Part shown: piece by piece, positions 11,471 to 22,105 of the stretch
Layout: every line of letters begins with the position of its first letter
Numbering within the stretch: the stretch's first letter is position 1
Origin: Chlorokybus atmophyticus
Taxonomy: Eukaryota > Plantae > Mesostigma and Chlorokybus algae
Length of the DNA: 64,000 nt
Direction: 5' to 3'
Assembly (NCBI GenBank): GCA_009103225.1
Contig: RHPI01000810.1
Coordinates: 62,001 to 126,000 of the forward strand
Notes under the pieces: generated by a model
Seen by the model: only the letters and a program-made list of their open reading frames with translations
Databases searched by the model: none
Told to the model about the DNA's origin: nothing
Program-made: the position numbers and the translations under genes

Positions 11471-13537
11471 CTACTGCACATACACACCATGGGGCACAAT
11501 CATGTGCCCTAAGTACGGCACCTTGTGGGTGAAGAAAGTACACTTGTCGGGGTGTACGGTCATCCCCACTCCCTTGAGTCGTTCCAGCACCGCTTCGATG
11601 TGCTGAAGATGCTCCTCGTTGCTGCGGCTGAAGATGAGGATGTCATCGATGTAGCACCGCGCGCAGTCCAGCCCCTTCAAGGCTTTGTCCATGACGCGTT
11701 GAAACTTGGCGGGGGCATTCTTCAGCCCGAACGGCATTACCTTCCATTGGTACAACTGTTTGTTGCCCCAGAAGGAGGTCTTGTGCTTGTCCTCGTCCAT
11801 GATGGCGATTTGGTTGTACCCCTGACGCATGTCCTGGATGCTGAAGACTGTGCAGTCTTCCACATCATCAAAGATACCCTCTGCTGTGGGCATGGGGTAC
11901 CGGTCTTGCTTGGTCTTGTTGTTGAGGGGGTGATAGTCACCACACATGCGTCGCTCTGTCCAGTTGCCTGCTGAATCCTTCTTCAGTGGCATGAGGGTTG
12001 CTGCTGCGAAGTCCGATGTGAACTCTTCGATAAGGCCTGCATCCAGCAGCGCCTTACATCTCTGTTCCACCAAGTCTTCTTCCAACTTGGAGAGCCTGTA
12101 TTGTCGTCGGAACATCGGCTCAGTGTCCACCAGCTCAATGTCCATCTGGTACACTGAGCATGTACCCAATTCCTTCACATTGAAGCTGAATTGGCTCCAG
12201 TTGTTGAGGAGAGCCTCCAGCTTCTCTCGCGTGTCTTCTGTGGCCAATGGGCCAATGGCATGGTCCCAGGAGGTTGCATTGGCAACCACAGGAATGTCCT
12301 CCACTGTCACTGCTGCTTGCTCCTCCATGTGGATCACCTCGAGGGCTGTGTGAGCTGCCTTGGTGTCGGCTACGCGATCAGCCCACCCCCCAGCCAAGTG
12401 TTCGAGATCCTCGAAGGACACGTGGCGGTCTTGCAATGCGAAGCTCAGCTCCAGCAGCCATACCATGCTGTTCTGGTCCATGGCGCGACCAAGCAGCTGG
12501 CATTGCTGACTATCTGTCAGCGACGAGCTCGTGATGCTGTTGGGGAAGAGTCCCATGGCGCGTTCACGTTCGCGTGCGTTGGGTTCTTCCAGCCTGTTGG
12601 TGGTCGCATCGAACACCATCCCATCACCACCGTTCCGAAATGCGTAGGAGCCCGGGTAGGACACCAATGTGGGGAGTGCGCGACGGGGCTGCCCGGGCTG
12701 ATTGCACGGGTAGAAGTGGTGGTGGTCATGACGCAAGACAGGTTGTGCTGTGCGGCCGGGGTCAAGGATGTCATCGACCAGCAGGTTGCGCGGCCGAGCG
12801 CTGCGTGTGTATTCGGCGGTCATGAGTTCCTCCACGGTGGCCAGGTTTGTCCATTTGGCCCGTACACGATGTGCGCGCAAGCCATGTCGTGCCGCGTTCA
12901 CCTTGAGTGGGTGCCCCAGCATGGAGCAAACTTGTCGGTAGCTGGAGGCCACGTGCGGACGCTTGTCGTCCTCTAAAAGCACATGATCGATGACGTACCC
13001 CAGGGGTCTGGAGATCTGGTGGTGTTGAAGGAGGTGGATGATTCTCATCAGCTCCCAGAACAGCCCGGAGCGAGGGTTTTCGAGGCCTTGCCCCTTGCCT
13101 GCCCTGGAGTGTCCTTGGCATTCCCATCCAGCTATTAATAGGTCGACGTTGCCGAGGGACAGTAGGTGATCTTCACTGATCAGCCGGATGTCCTGTGGCA
13201 ATGCTTTGAGGCTGCCTTGCAGCGCCGAGAGGGGTAGTTGACGCGAATACCTTTCGTGCAATTGGCGTAAGTGGTGTTTGAGGACTGTCTGCGCGTGTGA
13301 GTCTGGGTCGCAGTAATAGTATTTGACAACCTTTACACCTGTGTTGAGGACCGCAGCAAGACCACTGCCAATGCCCCCAAACAGCTCCAACACCGTAATG
13401 CCCTGTTGCCTGCGAAAGGTGTGGAACTCCACCACTCTGGTGGCCACCATATGGTGGTCCTGCACCTTGTTGTGGCTTCTGTAGTTGGGGAAGCGCGTGG
13501 TGACCAGTGGATGGCTGAACAAGATGTGTGCGTCCAC
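11471..13537 (-). CDS. Pol segment: DNMT3-like C5 cytosine methyltransferase (about 12450-13420) fused in frame to reverse transcriptase
   Basis: Motif I ELFGGIGSG, IV IAGWECQGHS, VI VIDHV, VIII HRVRAKW, IX ERERAMGL, X QLLGRAMD; then RT motifs RMCGDYHPLN, MPFGLKNAPAKFQR, YIDDILIFS. Bounded by single in-frame stops (13568-13570, 11471-11473) where the outer copy has Gln. Confidence 0.93.
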   Translation of the reverse strand: MDAHILFSHPLVTTRFPNYRSHNKVQDHHMVATRVVEFHTFRRQQGITVLELFGGIGSGLAAVLNTGVKVVKYYYCDPDSHAQTVLKHHLRQLHERYSRQLPLSALQGSLKALPQDIRLISEDHLLSLGNVDLLIAGWECQGHSRAGKGQGLENPRSGLFWELMRIIHLLQHHQISRPLGYVIDHVLLEDDKRPHVASSYRQVCSMLGHPLKVNAARHGLRAHRVRAKWTNLATVEELMTAEYTRSARPRNLLVDDILDPGRTAQPVLRHDHHHFYPCNQPGQPRRALPTLVSYPGSYAFRNGGDGMVFDATTNRLEEPNARERERAMGLFPNSITSSSLTDSQQCQLLGRAMDQNSMVWLLELSFALQDRHVSFEDLEHLAGGWADRVADTKAAHTALEVIHMEEQAAVTVEDIPVVANATSWDHAIGPLATEDTREKLEALLNNWSQFSFNVKELGTCSVYQMDIELVDTEPMFRRQYRLSKLEEDLVEQRCKALLDAGLIEEFTSDFAAATLMPLKKDSAGNWTERRMCGDYHPLNNKTKQDRYPMPTAEGIFDDVEDCTVFSIQDMRQGYNQIAIMDEDKHKTSFWGNKQLYQWKVMPFGLKNAPAKFQRVMDKALKGLDCARCYIDDILIFSRSNEEHLQHIEAVLERLKGVGMTVHPDKCTFFTHKVPYLGHMIVPHGVYVQ

Positions 13538-13567
13538 CTGTGCGCGCCAGCGTCGTTCGGCTCGGTC

Positions 13568-14127
13568 TTATAATGCTACATCCACGGTGGCATCCTTTTC
13601 CTCCTCGTTGTACAGGGTGGGAGAGGAGTCGACGGTTCGACGTGGGACCGTGGCATCAGCAACGACTTGCGTCCGAGCGCCGTCGTATGTGGCCGTTGCA
13701 GCCTCCCGTGTGCGGGCATGGCTGCGTGTGGCCACGGCAGCCACTCTGCGTTGGGCGCGCGTGCGTGAGACCAACTCGAAAGGCAGGAAACCCTGCACCT
13801 CTCCGTCATCCTCATCCCAATGTGGCCGAAAGCACGCTCGCTCTGTCCAGCAGTCGAGGCCCATGCCCACAGGGAAGTTGAAGGAGCCGGCATTGGTGAC
13901 CACACATTGCTGGATGATCTCGGTCGTGTGGGTTGGGTCCAGCCCTGTCAACCGAATGCAAAAGACCTCCCTGGTGACCCCCATCACCTTATCTCGGCTA
14001 CCTGTGGCAGTGTCCAACACGTACGGGCAAGGCACCAAGTCGGAGCTGGTTATGCCAAGGGACCGCGCAAGGAAGCGCCCGATGATAACAGGCTGTGCTC
14101 CGGTGTCCAACATTACTCGCTTGGGTG
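13568..14127 (-). pseudogene. Retropepsin-type aspartic protease of the inner element
   Basis: KRVMLDTGAQPVIIG; same frame as the DNMT-RT ORF; upstream part lies beyond the solo LTR at 14128-14596. Confidence 0.85.
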
Positions 14128-14596
14128 TGTTGAGATTCGGACACTACTGACCATGCATGGAGTTGGTGCAAGCACAAGTACACACACTCTACCAGAGCAT
14201 ACACACAAGGCTGATCCAAAAGGCTTTCTAAGGATTACAACAAAGTCATACCGCGGGCTTTTATACCCGCCAGTTCTGCACCTGTCTACTCTAGAAGCCA
14301 CCACGACTTCTACACTCAACCGATTCCTAAGCTCTAAGTTGCACCACGTAGCTACTTTCAAGAGCTTTCCAACAAGCTATAACACGCGCCATACAATGAC
14401 GTAACCACCGAGCTACAACGTTTTTTTTACAGCGCCTGGAAGTCTCCAGACTCCGGACTCGACTCCGCGCCTGGAACCTTCTCGACTGAAGTCCTCGCCT
14501 GGACCTTTCTCGACTGGAACCTTCTCGCGCCTGAATTGTCTCGCGGCTATTCTTATCCACAGGGCAAGCTGACCGGATACAAGAATATCCTCAACA
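14128..14596. mobile_element. Solo LTR (TGTTGAG...CTCAACA family), copy 1
   Basis: TG...CA ends with 7-bp terminal inverted repeat; 5-bp TSD GGGTG (14123-14127, 14597-14601); removal restores INGLAP-KRVMLDTG. Confidence 0.85.
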
Positions 14597-15498
14597 GGGT
14601 GCCAGGCCGTTGATGGTAACGTGCTTGCCTTGGTTGGCCACCATGGCAGCATTGGCGTCGATAAGCAGCCTTTCCATACGAGTTGTCTGCACCTCTGACT
14701 CAGTTCTCTCAGCTGGGGGTGCTGAGCACATGGCAGCCAGAGCTCCTCTGCCTGCTGGGTTCGGAGAACCCCCTCCTTGCCCTCTCCCTCTGCCGAACCG
14801 ACCTTGTCGTGGTGGTTGGTAGACCCGGGGGGGCCTCGGTGCTGGAGGTTCCGGCACCGGTTGTGGTGGCGGCGCAGGTGGATGCCGCCTCTGCGAAGAT
14901 GGAATCGTGCCCGCGGGTGTACCCAATGGTTGTGGAGGAAACCCCGGCGGACCCGGTGTTTGTGGGCCTGCCTCGCGTTCAGCTTGCTCCGCGTACGTCC
15001 AGCGGACAGCATGAGCCGCCTCTCTGACCAACGTCCCTTCCCACGTGGCCGTGGGCTCGGTGTCCGTGTCGGTCCAATGATGATATTGATGCATGGGCTG
15101 CAGGTATACGGCGCGTAGTAGCTGTCGCCGCATGTCGTGAGTGATGGTGGGGACTCGCAAGATTCCTGCCATGTAGGCATCCCACCTTCCTTGTACCACT
15201 CCCACATCGAGCACGGTCATGGCGCGCGCGCGTAGGGTGCGCTGGAGGTCAGGTTGATGTGCGTGCAGCTCATGAGCAATGGCGATGCGCCGCTGTTGGC
15301 CAGGGGTGGAAGCCGCAGCAGTGCCTCTTGCACTCCCTCCAGCGTGTCCGGGGCTGTGGTGGCAGCCTCGTCGTATGCTTGTCGCAGCGACCGAACGAAT
15401 GCCCCCAACCATGATGCTCGGTTGCCAAAGGCAAACAGGGGGACAGCAGGGTGATTGGCAACGAGCCATGTCACGAGACGGGCTCGAGCGGCGCTGCC
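14597..15498 (-). CDS. Uncharacterised conserved region between gag and protease
   Basis: YMAGILRVPTITHDMRRQLLRAV...TATWEGTLVREAAHAVR is conserved in the outer element (MAGILNVSTITNRIRNELVRAI...TASWEATLVREAAHVVR, 34466-34726). Confidence 0.6.
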
Positions 15499-16496
15499 NN
15501 NNNNNNNNNNNNNNNNNNNNNNNNNNNNNNNNNNNNNNNNNNNNNNNNNNNNNNNNNNNNNNNNNNNNNNNNNNNNNNNNNNNNNNNNNNNNNNNNNNNN
15601 NNNNNNNNNNNNNNNNNNNNNNNNNNNNNNNNNNNNNNNNNNNNNNNNNNNNNNNNNNNNNNNNNNNNNNNNNNNNNNNNNNNNNNNNNNNNNNNNNNNN
15701 NNNNNNNNNNNNNNNNNNNNNNNNNNNNNNNNNNNNNNNNNNNNNNNNNNNNNNNNNNNNNNNNNNNNNNNNNNNNNNNNNNNNNNNNNNNNNNNNNNNN
15801 NNNNNNNNNNNNNNNNNNNNNNNNNNNNNNNNNNNNNNNNNNNNNNNNNNNNNNNNNNNNNNNNNNNNNNNNNNNNNNNNNNNNNNNNNNNNNNNNNNNN
15901 NNNNNNNNNNNNNNNNNNNNNNNNNNNNNNNNNNNNNNNNNNNNNNNNNNNNNNNNNNNNNNNNNNNNNNNNNNNNNNNNNNNNNNNNNNNNNNNNNNNN
16001 NNNNNNNNNNNNNNNNNNNNNNNNNNNNNNNNNNNNNNNNNNNNNNNNNNNNNNNNNNNNNNNNNNNNNNNNNNNNNNNNNNNNNNNNNNNNNNNNNNNN
16101 NNNNNNNNNNNNNNNNNNNNNNNNNNNNNNNNNNNNNNNNNNNNNNNNNNNNNNNNNNNNNNNNNNNNNNNNNNNNNNNNNNNNNNNNNNNNNNNNNNNN
16201 NNNNNNNNNNNNNNNNNNNNNNNNNNNNNNNNNNNNNNNNNNNNNNNNNNNNNNNNNNNNNNNNNNNNNNNNNNNNNNNNNNNNNNNNNNNNNNNNNNNN
16301 NNNNNNNNNNNNNNNNNNNNNNNNNNNNNNNNNNNNNNNNNNNNNNNNNNNNNNNNNNNNNNNNNNNNNNNNNNNNNNNNNNNNNNNNNNNNNNNNNNNN
16401 NNNNNNNNNNNNNNNNNNNNNNNNNNNNNNNNNNNNNNNNNNNNNNNNNNNNNNNNNNNNNNNNNNNNNNNNNNNNNNNNNNNNNNNNNNNNNNNN
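15499..16496. other. Assembly gap (N run)
   Basis: Run of N; other ambiguous positions at 469, 9425 and 54690-54859. Confidence 1.
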
Positions 16497-17501
16497 GGGC
16501 CGGCAGCGGCGCGCTATGCGCGCGCTGACCGGTATGGGCCTAAATTGGCCGGTCCTTGGATGGTGGGGCCGGTGACCGACCCTAAATCAGACCCCTGGGA
16601 AGAAAATTCCCCAGCTGATGAGAGCGCCAGCTGCCGAGGACGTCAGCGTTTTTAAGTGGGGGGAAATGTAACGGGAAGGTACATTGAATTACCACAGATC
16701 GACCATAAAAGCACCAAGTCTTTTGTGGTCGAGTGGGCTGTGACAATAACATCGTAAATGGTCACTTTAAAAGTGCCATCATCGATGGGTCGCGACTTGC
16801 CTAATGGTAGTCGCGCCGAGCTGATCAGTTCAGTCGGCGCGGCAGGGCGCGACCTGCCTATCGCGGCGACGCGGCCTGTGGGGCCGGCAGCGGCGCGCTA
16901 TGCGCGCGCTGACCGGTATGGGCCTAAATTGGCCGGTCCTTGGATGGTGGGGCCGGTGACCGACCCTAAATCAGACCCCTGGGAAGAAAATTCCCCAGCT
17001 GATGAGAGCGCCAGCTGCCGAGGACGTCAGCGTTTTTAAGTGGGGGGAAATGTAACGGGAAGGTACATTGAATTACCACAGATCGACCATAAAAGCACCA
17101 AGTCTTTTGTGGTCGAGTGGGCTGTGACAATAACATCGTAAATGGTCACTTTAAAAGTGCCATCATCGATGGGTCGCGACTTGCCTAATGGTAGTCGCGC
17201 CGAGCTGATCAGTTCAGTCGGCGCGGCAGGGCGCGACCTGCCTATCGCGGCGACGCGACCTGTGGGGCCGGCAGCGGTGCGATATGCGCGCGTTGACCGG
17301 TATGGGCCTAAATTGGCCGGTCCTTGGCTGTGGGGCCGGTGACCGACCCTAACAAACCCTATGGGTAATTCCCCAGCTGACCGGGCAGCTGCCGAGGACG
17401 TCAGCGTTCTTAAGTGGGGGGGAATGTAACGGGAAGGCACATTAAAATACCACAAATCGACCATAAAAGCACCAAGTCTTTTGTGGTCGAGTGGGCTGTG
17501 A
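16497..17501 (+). repeat. Tandem array (374-384-bp period) of a TRIM-like mini LTR element
   Basis: Units start TGTAACGGGAAGG at 16667, 17051 and 17425, each preceded by purine tract AAGTGGGGGG(A)AA; 13-bp hairpin TCGACCATAAAAG-8nt-CTTTTGTGGTCGA; same family as 55185-56206; left end hidden in the gap. Confidence 0.85.
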
Positions 17502-17575
17502 AAACTGGCTGGAGAAAGCCCCTGGAGAGCGGGATCAGCGCCCAGCGCGATGTCTGACATGGTGATCACGAGGTC

Positions 17576-20127
17576 TTATATTTTGTGGCGCTGGAGTCCG
17601 AGTGGGTCCAGTGGCGAGGGTTCGAAGTCGATCTGTTGGGCGGGCATGGGTTGCCGCGTTTGACTGGGTGCGCCCTTCAATCGTGCGTGTAATGCCAGGA
17701 ACAATTGGATGGCCAACCCCAATACTGCAGGTCGCCGGTAGGTGACCCCGAAGAGATGATCCCTCATCTTTGGTGCAGTGCCGGCGAGGATTTCATCCTC
17801 CAGCTGCTGTTGTGTGGGTTCCGGCATTGTGATACTCTGGAGGTGGTAGGGGCAAGATGCGATCATCGCGTGCCACGCGCGTGGTGCGTTGCCCCCCTGG
17901 TCCTGGTACGCAATGGTGGTGGGCTCCACGTTGCGTAGAACCGACGCCCAGGCGCGTTCTGCTTGTGGCCCGCGTGGCACTTGCTGTGTGACGTCCAGCG
18001 CTGGTGGCGGTGCCGTTCGAACCTCAGGAAGTGGTGCAGTGGGTATGGCAGCACTACTAGAGGCGATGGTGGTGGCACCTGCAGCAGTCGTCGTTACTGA
18101 GGTGGCGGCCGTGAGGGTGGCAGCAGTTGTGACCGATGGGGTCGCTTCGATGGAGGCAGTAGTGGTGGATTCACCACTTACAAACCCAACGACAATGGTT
18201 GTTGCGGCGTGGGTGCTCTCCATCACCGGGGACAGCGTTGTGCCAAGAGTGCTGACACCTGCTGTCGTGGTCGGTGTGGACGCCGACGGTGTCGTCGACG
18301 GCGTCGTCCCAGCGGTGGTTGTGGCTGCCGAGGCAGCACCACTTGTGGCGTCCGACGATGCCGTTGTTGACGACGCGCCAGCTTCCCTGCGCGCACGTCT
18401 TGATGGTTGTACGCGTGACGGCGTGGGAGTGTCCCTATCCCGTTTTGGTGCCATCGGTGCCCACCTAGAAGCATAGCAGGCTTGATAGTCCTGCTCCTTG
18501 TTCTCCTCCAGCTGTGCCACGCGCGCCATCAGGGCTGCTACTTGGTCAATAGCCGGTGGATTGGTTGGTGCCTTTACAGCAGCAGCTCCAGCGCGAGGAC
18601 GTCCCTCAGGTCCTTTGTGCTGTGGAGGGCGGTTTTTCCCTCTGTAGCCAGCTTTTTCCTTGCGGGCCCCAGCGTTGTTGTTGTTGTTGGGGTTGTGGCC
18701 ACCAGCGTTGTTGCCGTTGTTGCGACCACCAGCGTTGTTGCTGTTGTTGTAGCCGCCAGCGTGGTTGCTGTTGTTGTAGCCCCCGTTGTTGTTGTTGTTG
18801 TTGTTGTTGCCGCGGTAGCCAACAGCGTTGTTGCCGTTGCTGTAGCCAATAGAGGGCCGCAGCTCAGGGAACTTCAGCCAGCATACTGTCTCCAAGTGTC
18901 CCGTCTTGTGGCAGTAGTCGCACACAAGGTTGCCGTAATCTTCGGTGCACTCCTTTTGGTAGTGGCCATGTCGACCACACCGGTGGCACAGCACTGGAGC
19001 CACAAGGGCAGCATGAGCTGACCGTTTATCCTTGTGGTGGATGCCTTGCGGTTCTCGGCTGCGGTTCCGCCGAAGAGGCTCTGCACTTGTGCCTGCCATA
19101 GGCCGTGAGGCACTGCGGTTGGTGTCCAGCACCGCTTTCTCATACACTGCACGCTTATGGATGGCTTGTGCAGTCTCGAAAGCTTCCTTGAGGGTGTAGC
19201 CGAGGGGCCTGCTGTAGTTTAGCGTCAGGCGCGTTGACTCACTCAGGGTGGGATCCAACTCGGTCACATACACCATTGCTGCCGCCTCCTCACTGACGAT
19301 CTTGTAGTCAGTGTCTTTGAGCAATCCTTCCAACCGTGAATACAGTCGGAGAGGGTCCTCGTGGGGCTTCCGTCGAAAACGCCTCAACTCCTCCACCTTG
19401 CTGTTGGTTTGAGGTGGGAAGGTGCGCCGGAGTGCGGCGTAGAGGTCCTTCAACGGGGAGTCCGACATGGCCGCGCCCACCGTAAGCGCGGGTGCACGCA
19501 ATGCCACTGAGCCGAGGGTGAAAACACTGCCTCCCGCTGGAGCACGCGAGTTCGGTGTTGGTAGCAGGGGCGTACCCATCTCCAACGCTGCAGCTTGCTG
19601 CTCCTCTTGTTGCTCCCTGATGATGGCAGCGGTGCGGTTGAGTATCCTGATCCGGCGCTCGGCCTTCTTGCTTTCGATCTCTGCAGGAGTCAATGAGGCC
19701 ACTACCACCTCAACTTCTTCATTCTCTGCCTTCTCCATGGCTGCAGCTAGAGTGAGACCCGTGACTGAGGCGGGCGGGGCCGCTGCTCATCTGTCCAGTC
19801 CTTGCTCTTGAGGGCTTGCTGCCGCATCTTGGAGTGGAACTTGATGATGAACTCGTCAAGTGAGGTGGTGCCAGGGCGTCCGGAGAAGCGTAGGGAGTTG
19901 GTTGAGCTGGAAGGCTCCATCTCTTCGTCGTCACTGTCCGACGGTGGTGGAGATGCTCGTTGTCGAGGAGTGGAGTGAGAGGAGGTGAAGCCGGAGACGG
20001 GGCATGAGCCTCTGCTACTGCGGTAATCGCTCCCTTCACTTGCACGTTCGTAGGTAAGGTTGGGAGTTGGGCTCCAGCTGTTGAGGTCCCCTTCTTCTAT
20101 TGGCGAGAAAGGGGTGGGCCTGCTCAT
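17576..20127 (-). CDS. Gag of the inner element (720-aa ORF 17576-19738 plus frameshifted upstream ORF 19747-20127)
   Basis: Two CCHC knuckles (CHRCGRHGHYQKEC, CDYCHKTGHLETVC), Asn/Gly-rich and Thr/Ala-rich tracts; RFSGRPG...EFIIKF motif shared with the outer element. Confidence 0.85.
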
Positions 20128-22105
20128 ACAGCTGATGCGATGGTGAAAGTGGATGAAGGGTAGAGTGTTTGTGCTCTATAATGGGATCTCCAGTGCTGCT
20201 ATCACCCAACACACTAGCGCTTGTGCGCGCTATGCGATGACGGTGACAACACTGCACTGTGATGTGTACAACTACAGATTGCGATGCTGATGTACAGCCT
20301 GCAACTACACTCACTTGAGCAAAGAGGGTGACACTGTAAGTCAACAAGCCACTACTATAGGTAGTGCTGTTTACACAGTTCTTTGCATGAGTGGAAGAGA
20401 AATTACACTGTTAAGTGAGGTGAATGAGCAAGCAACACGTGGATGCTATGCCCTGACTGATACCAACAAGCACACCGCGACCAAGTACACAAAGCTCACA
20501 GCAAAGACAAGCACAGTGCACAAGAACATGCACAGGCTCTCACACGGTGAGGGGATTCCTGGGAACCGGGACGGTGTGTTTCGTAATTCAAGTCGCTTCA
20601 CAAGCTCTTAGCTTTCTCACTTACAGTGTCACTAGCTGATCCGGTGAACACTGTGCCTACTTATACAAGTCAACTCATGACCGTCCAGAACATAAGCTAA
20701 CGGTCATATCGAGGCTATTTCCACAGGAAATCCCCACTCGATATAGAACCCAACTTATAACTGAACTCACAACCGAACAGCTACGCGCGGTGCCTATGTA
20801 GGCTATGGTCATGAGCTACTCTAGAGACATGACCTAGCTACTGGTTAGAGACGCGCGCGGGTCGCCATGCTGGTAAGCCGGGCGAGGGTCTTGCTGTAGG
20901 CATGCCCGATGACGACTGGCATGCTTGGGCGATAGGCATGACACGGCAAAAACCCAAACATCGCAACGCAGCGGGATTTGCGACCACTTTGCCGGGTTTC
21001 ACACTTATGCGGATGCGCCTGTCGGGTTTGAAAGCAACGACCTACGACTTAAACCCTAACCGACTAGACTACAACGACACAAGACACGTAGCATGGCGAG
21101 CGTTATTATTATTACCGTTTAAAGCTGCCTCAACTGTCTCACGTGCTACAAGAATTGTTGAATGGATTGCATGCATGAATATGGTAGTTATACATATATA
21201 TATATACACGTATGTCAAGTTTATATATATGTATACATGTATATACATCTATAAGCCGGTGGCCGTTTATGTATATACGGCTACCGGTACCCGTGTTTGT
21301 ATCTTAATATATAATCGTGAAGGAAATTACGCAAATGTAGGTGACTTGAGGATGAAGAATGTGTTAGACCTGCCGTCCCATCCAATCGCAGTGCTTTGTA
21401 ACTGACAGATGTTTGCATAAAGTTCCCTGCGTCACCTGTTTTTGCAAGGTTGTTTGCGGTGAGTTTGGGAAGTGTTCAACTCATGTGCTAGTACTAATCA
21501 AAACACATGCAAGTAGCAGCTTTCTACTTGTACTTGCTTGCCCCGCGGCCTGCTATTAGCAGGCCGCGAGGCAAGCCATAAATAGGCCGCGGGGTTGATC
21601 TTGGCAACGATGAGGTCATGAAATCATTAGGGTTTGTACCAGTGCGAAGTAGTGATTGTAACACACACCTTGTTAAGTATACATTAGTGTACTATTAATG
21701 GAATCAATCACAACGTACATGATGATGTGTACACATCTATACATGTATAGCTTTAGCATGCAGCGTCAATGCATTTCTATACTATCGCCGTCCTTAATTG
21801 CGTTGGTCAGTGTAGTCGCATTGGTAATGATTTGGTCAGAATTGTAATCGCGATTAACACATGCCTCTCACGACTTAAACTTTTAATTACGTCAACGCCG
21901 AATCCTCGACGTTGATAAGGATTCGGTGCTTACGATTGTCACGGGCGGAGTGCCGTTTATGTCAAATTGTAACAATATTTCGGCTACAGTCATAACATAT
22001 ATATGGATCCGCCATAAGTTTACAAAATTCGCAATTTATGATTGGCTCCGTCAATTACAAAGTTGCGGATCCAGCCTAACTTGCCAACACCCATTTCTAC
22101 AGATG

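Larger units (their letters stand above)
8330..20943 (-). mobile_element. Inner Ty3/Gypsy-type retrotransposon with split direct repeats and DNMT domain
   Basis: Termini TGTCATG...CCCGACA, 4-bp TSD CGGC (8326-8329, 20944-20947). B1 20352-20943, A1 9167-9409, spacer GC 9165-9166, B2 8573-9164, A2 8330-8572; G7 tract 9410-9416. Repeat copies are nearly identical, so it is younger than the outer element. Confidence 0.92.
8023..22105. mobile_element. Non-autonomous CACTA element, copy 2 (about 1465 bp, interrupted by the inner retrotransposon)
   Basis: TIR CACCGGTAGAAGTGG / CATCTGTAGAAATGG; TSD TGC/CGC (one transition); arms 8023-8329 and 20944-22105 are collinear with copies 1 and 3. Confidence 0.8.

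Noticed and set aside
12450-13420. Bacterial restriction-modification methylase or contaminant
   Set aside because: In frame with retrotransposon protease and RT, present in two elements, with no restriction partner and a eukaryotic context.
15279-16655. Long ORFs 15279-16655, 15451-16575, 15455-16528, 54622-54954 and 54653-54880
   Set aside because: Artefacts of translating through N runs.
16497-17501. CRISPR array
   Set aside because: Period is 374-384 bp with no unique spacers and no cas genes; units have LTR and polypurine-tract features.
16758-17569. Repeated 93-aa ORF and 177-aa antisense ORF in the array
   Set aside because: By-products of a GC-rich non-coding repeat; not conserved in the 55-kb copies.
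11525-19021. Long + strand ORFs opposite pol and gag (for example 12191-12976, 13485-14150, 17889-18476)
   Set aside because: Antisense shadows of GC-rich coding sequence with no recognisable domains.
20333-20351. Assigning the PBS-position motif to tRNA-Tyr
   Set aside because: ACTGTAAATC resembles a Tyr anticodon loop, but the adjoining AACAAGCCA does not match any tRNA sequence I can recall; left unassigned.
3670-20943. DIRS/PAT/Ngaro tyrosine-recombinase retrotransposon
   Set aside because: The repeat topology fits, but both elements carry an rve DDE integrase, TG...CA ends and 4-bp TSDs, and no recombinase motif is recognisable (the outer element has no gap in the region that is N in the inner one).
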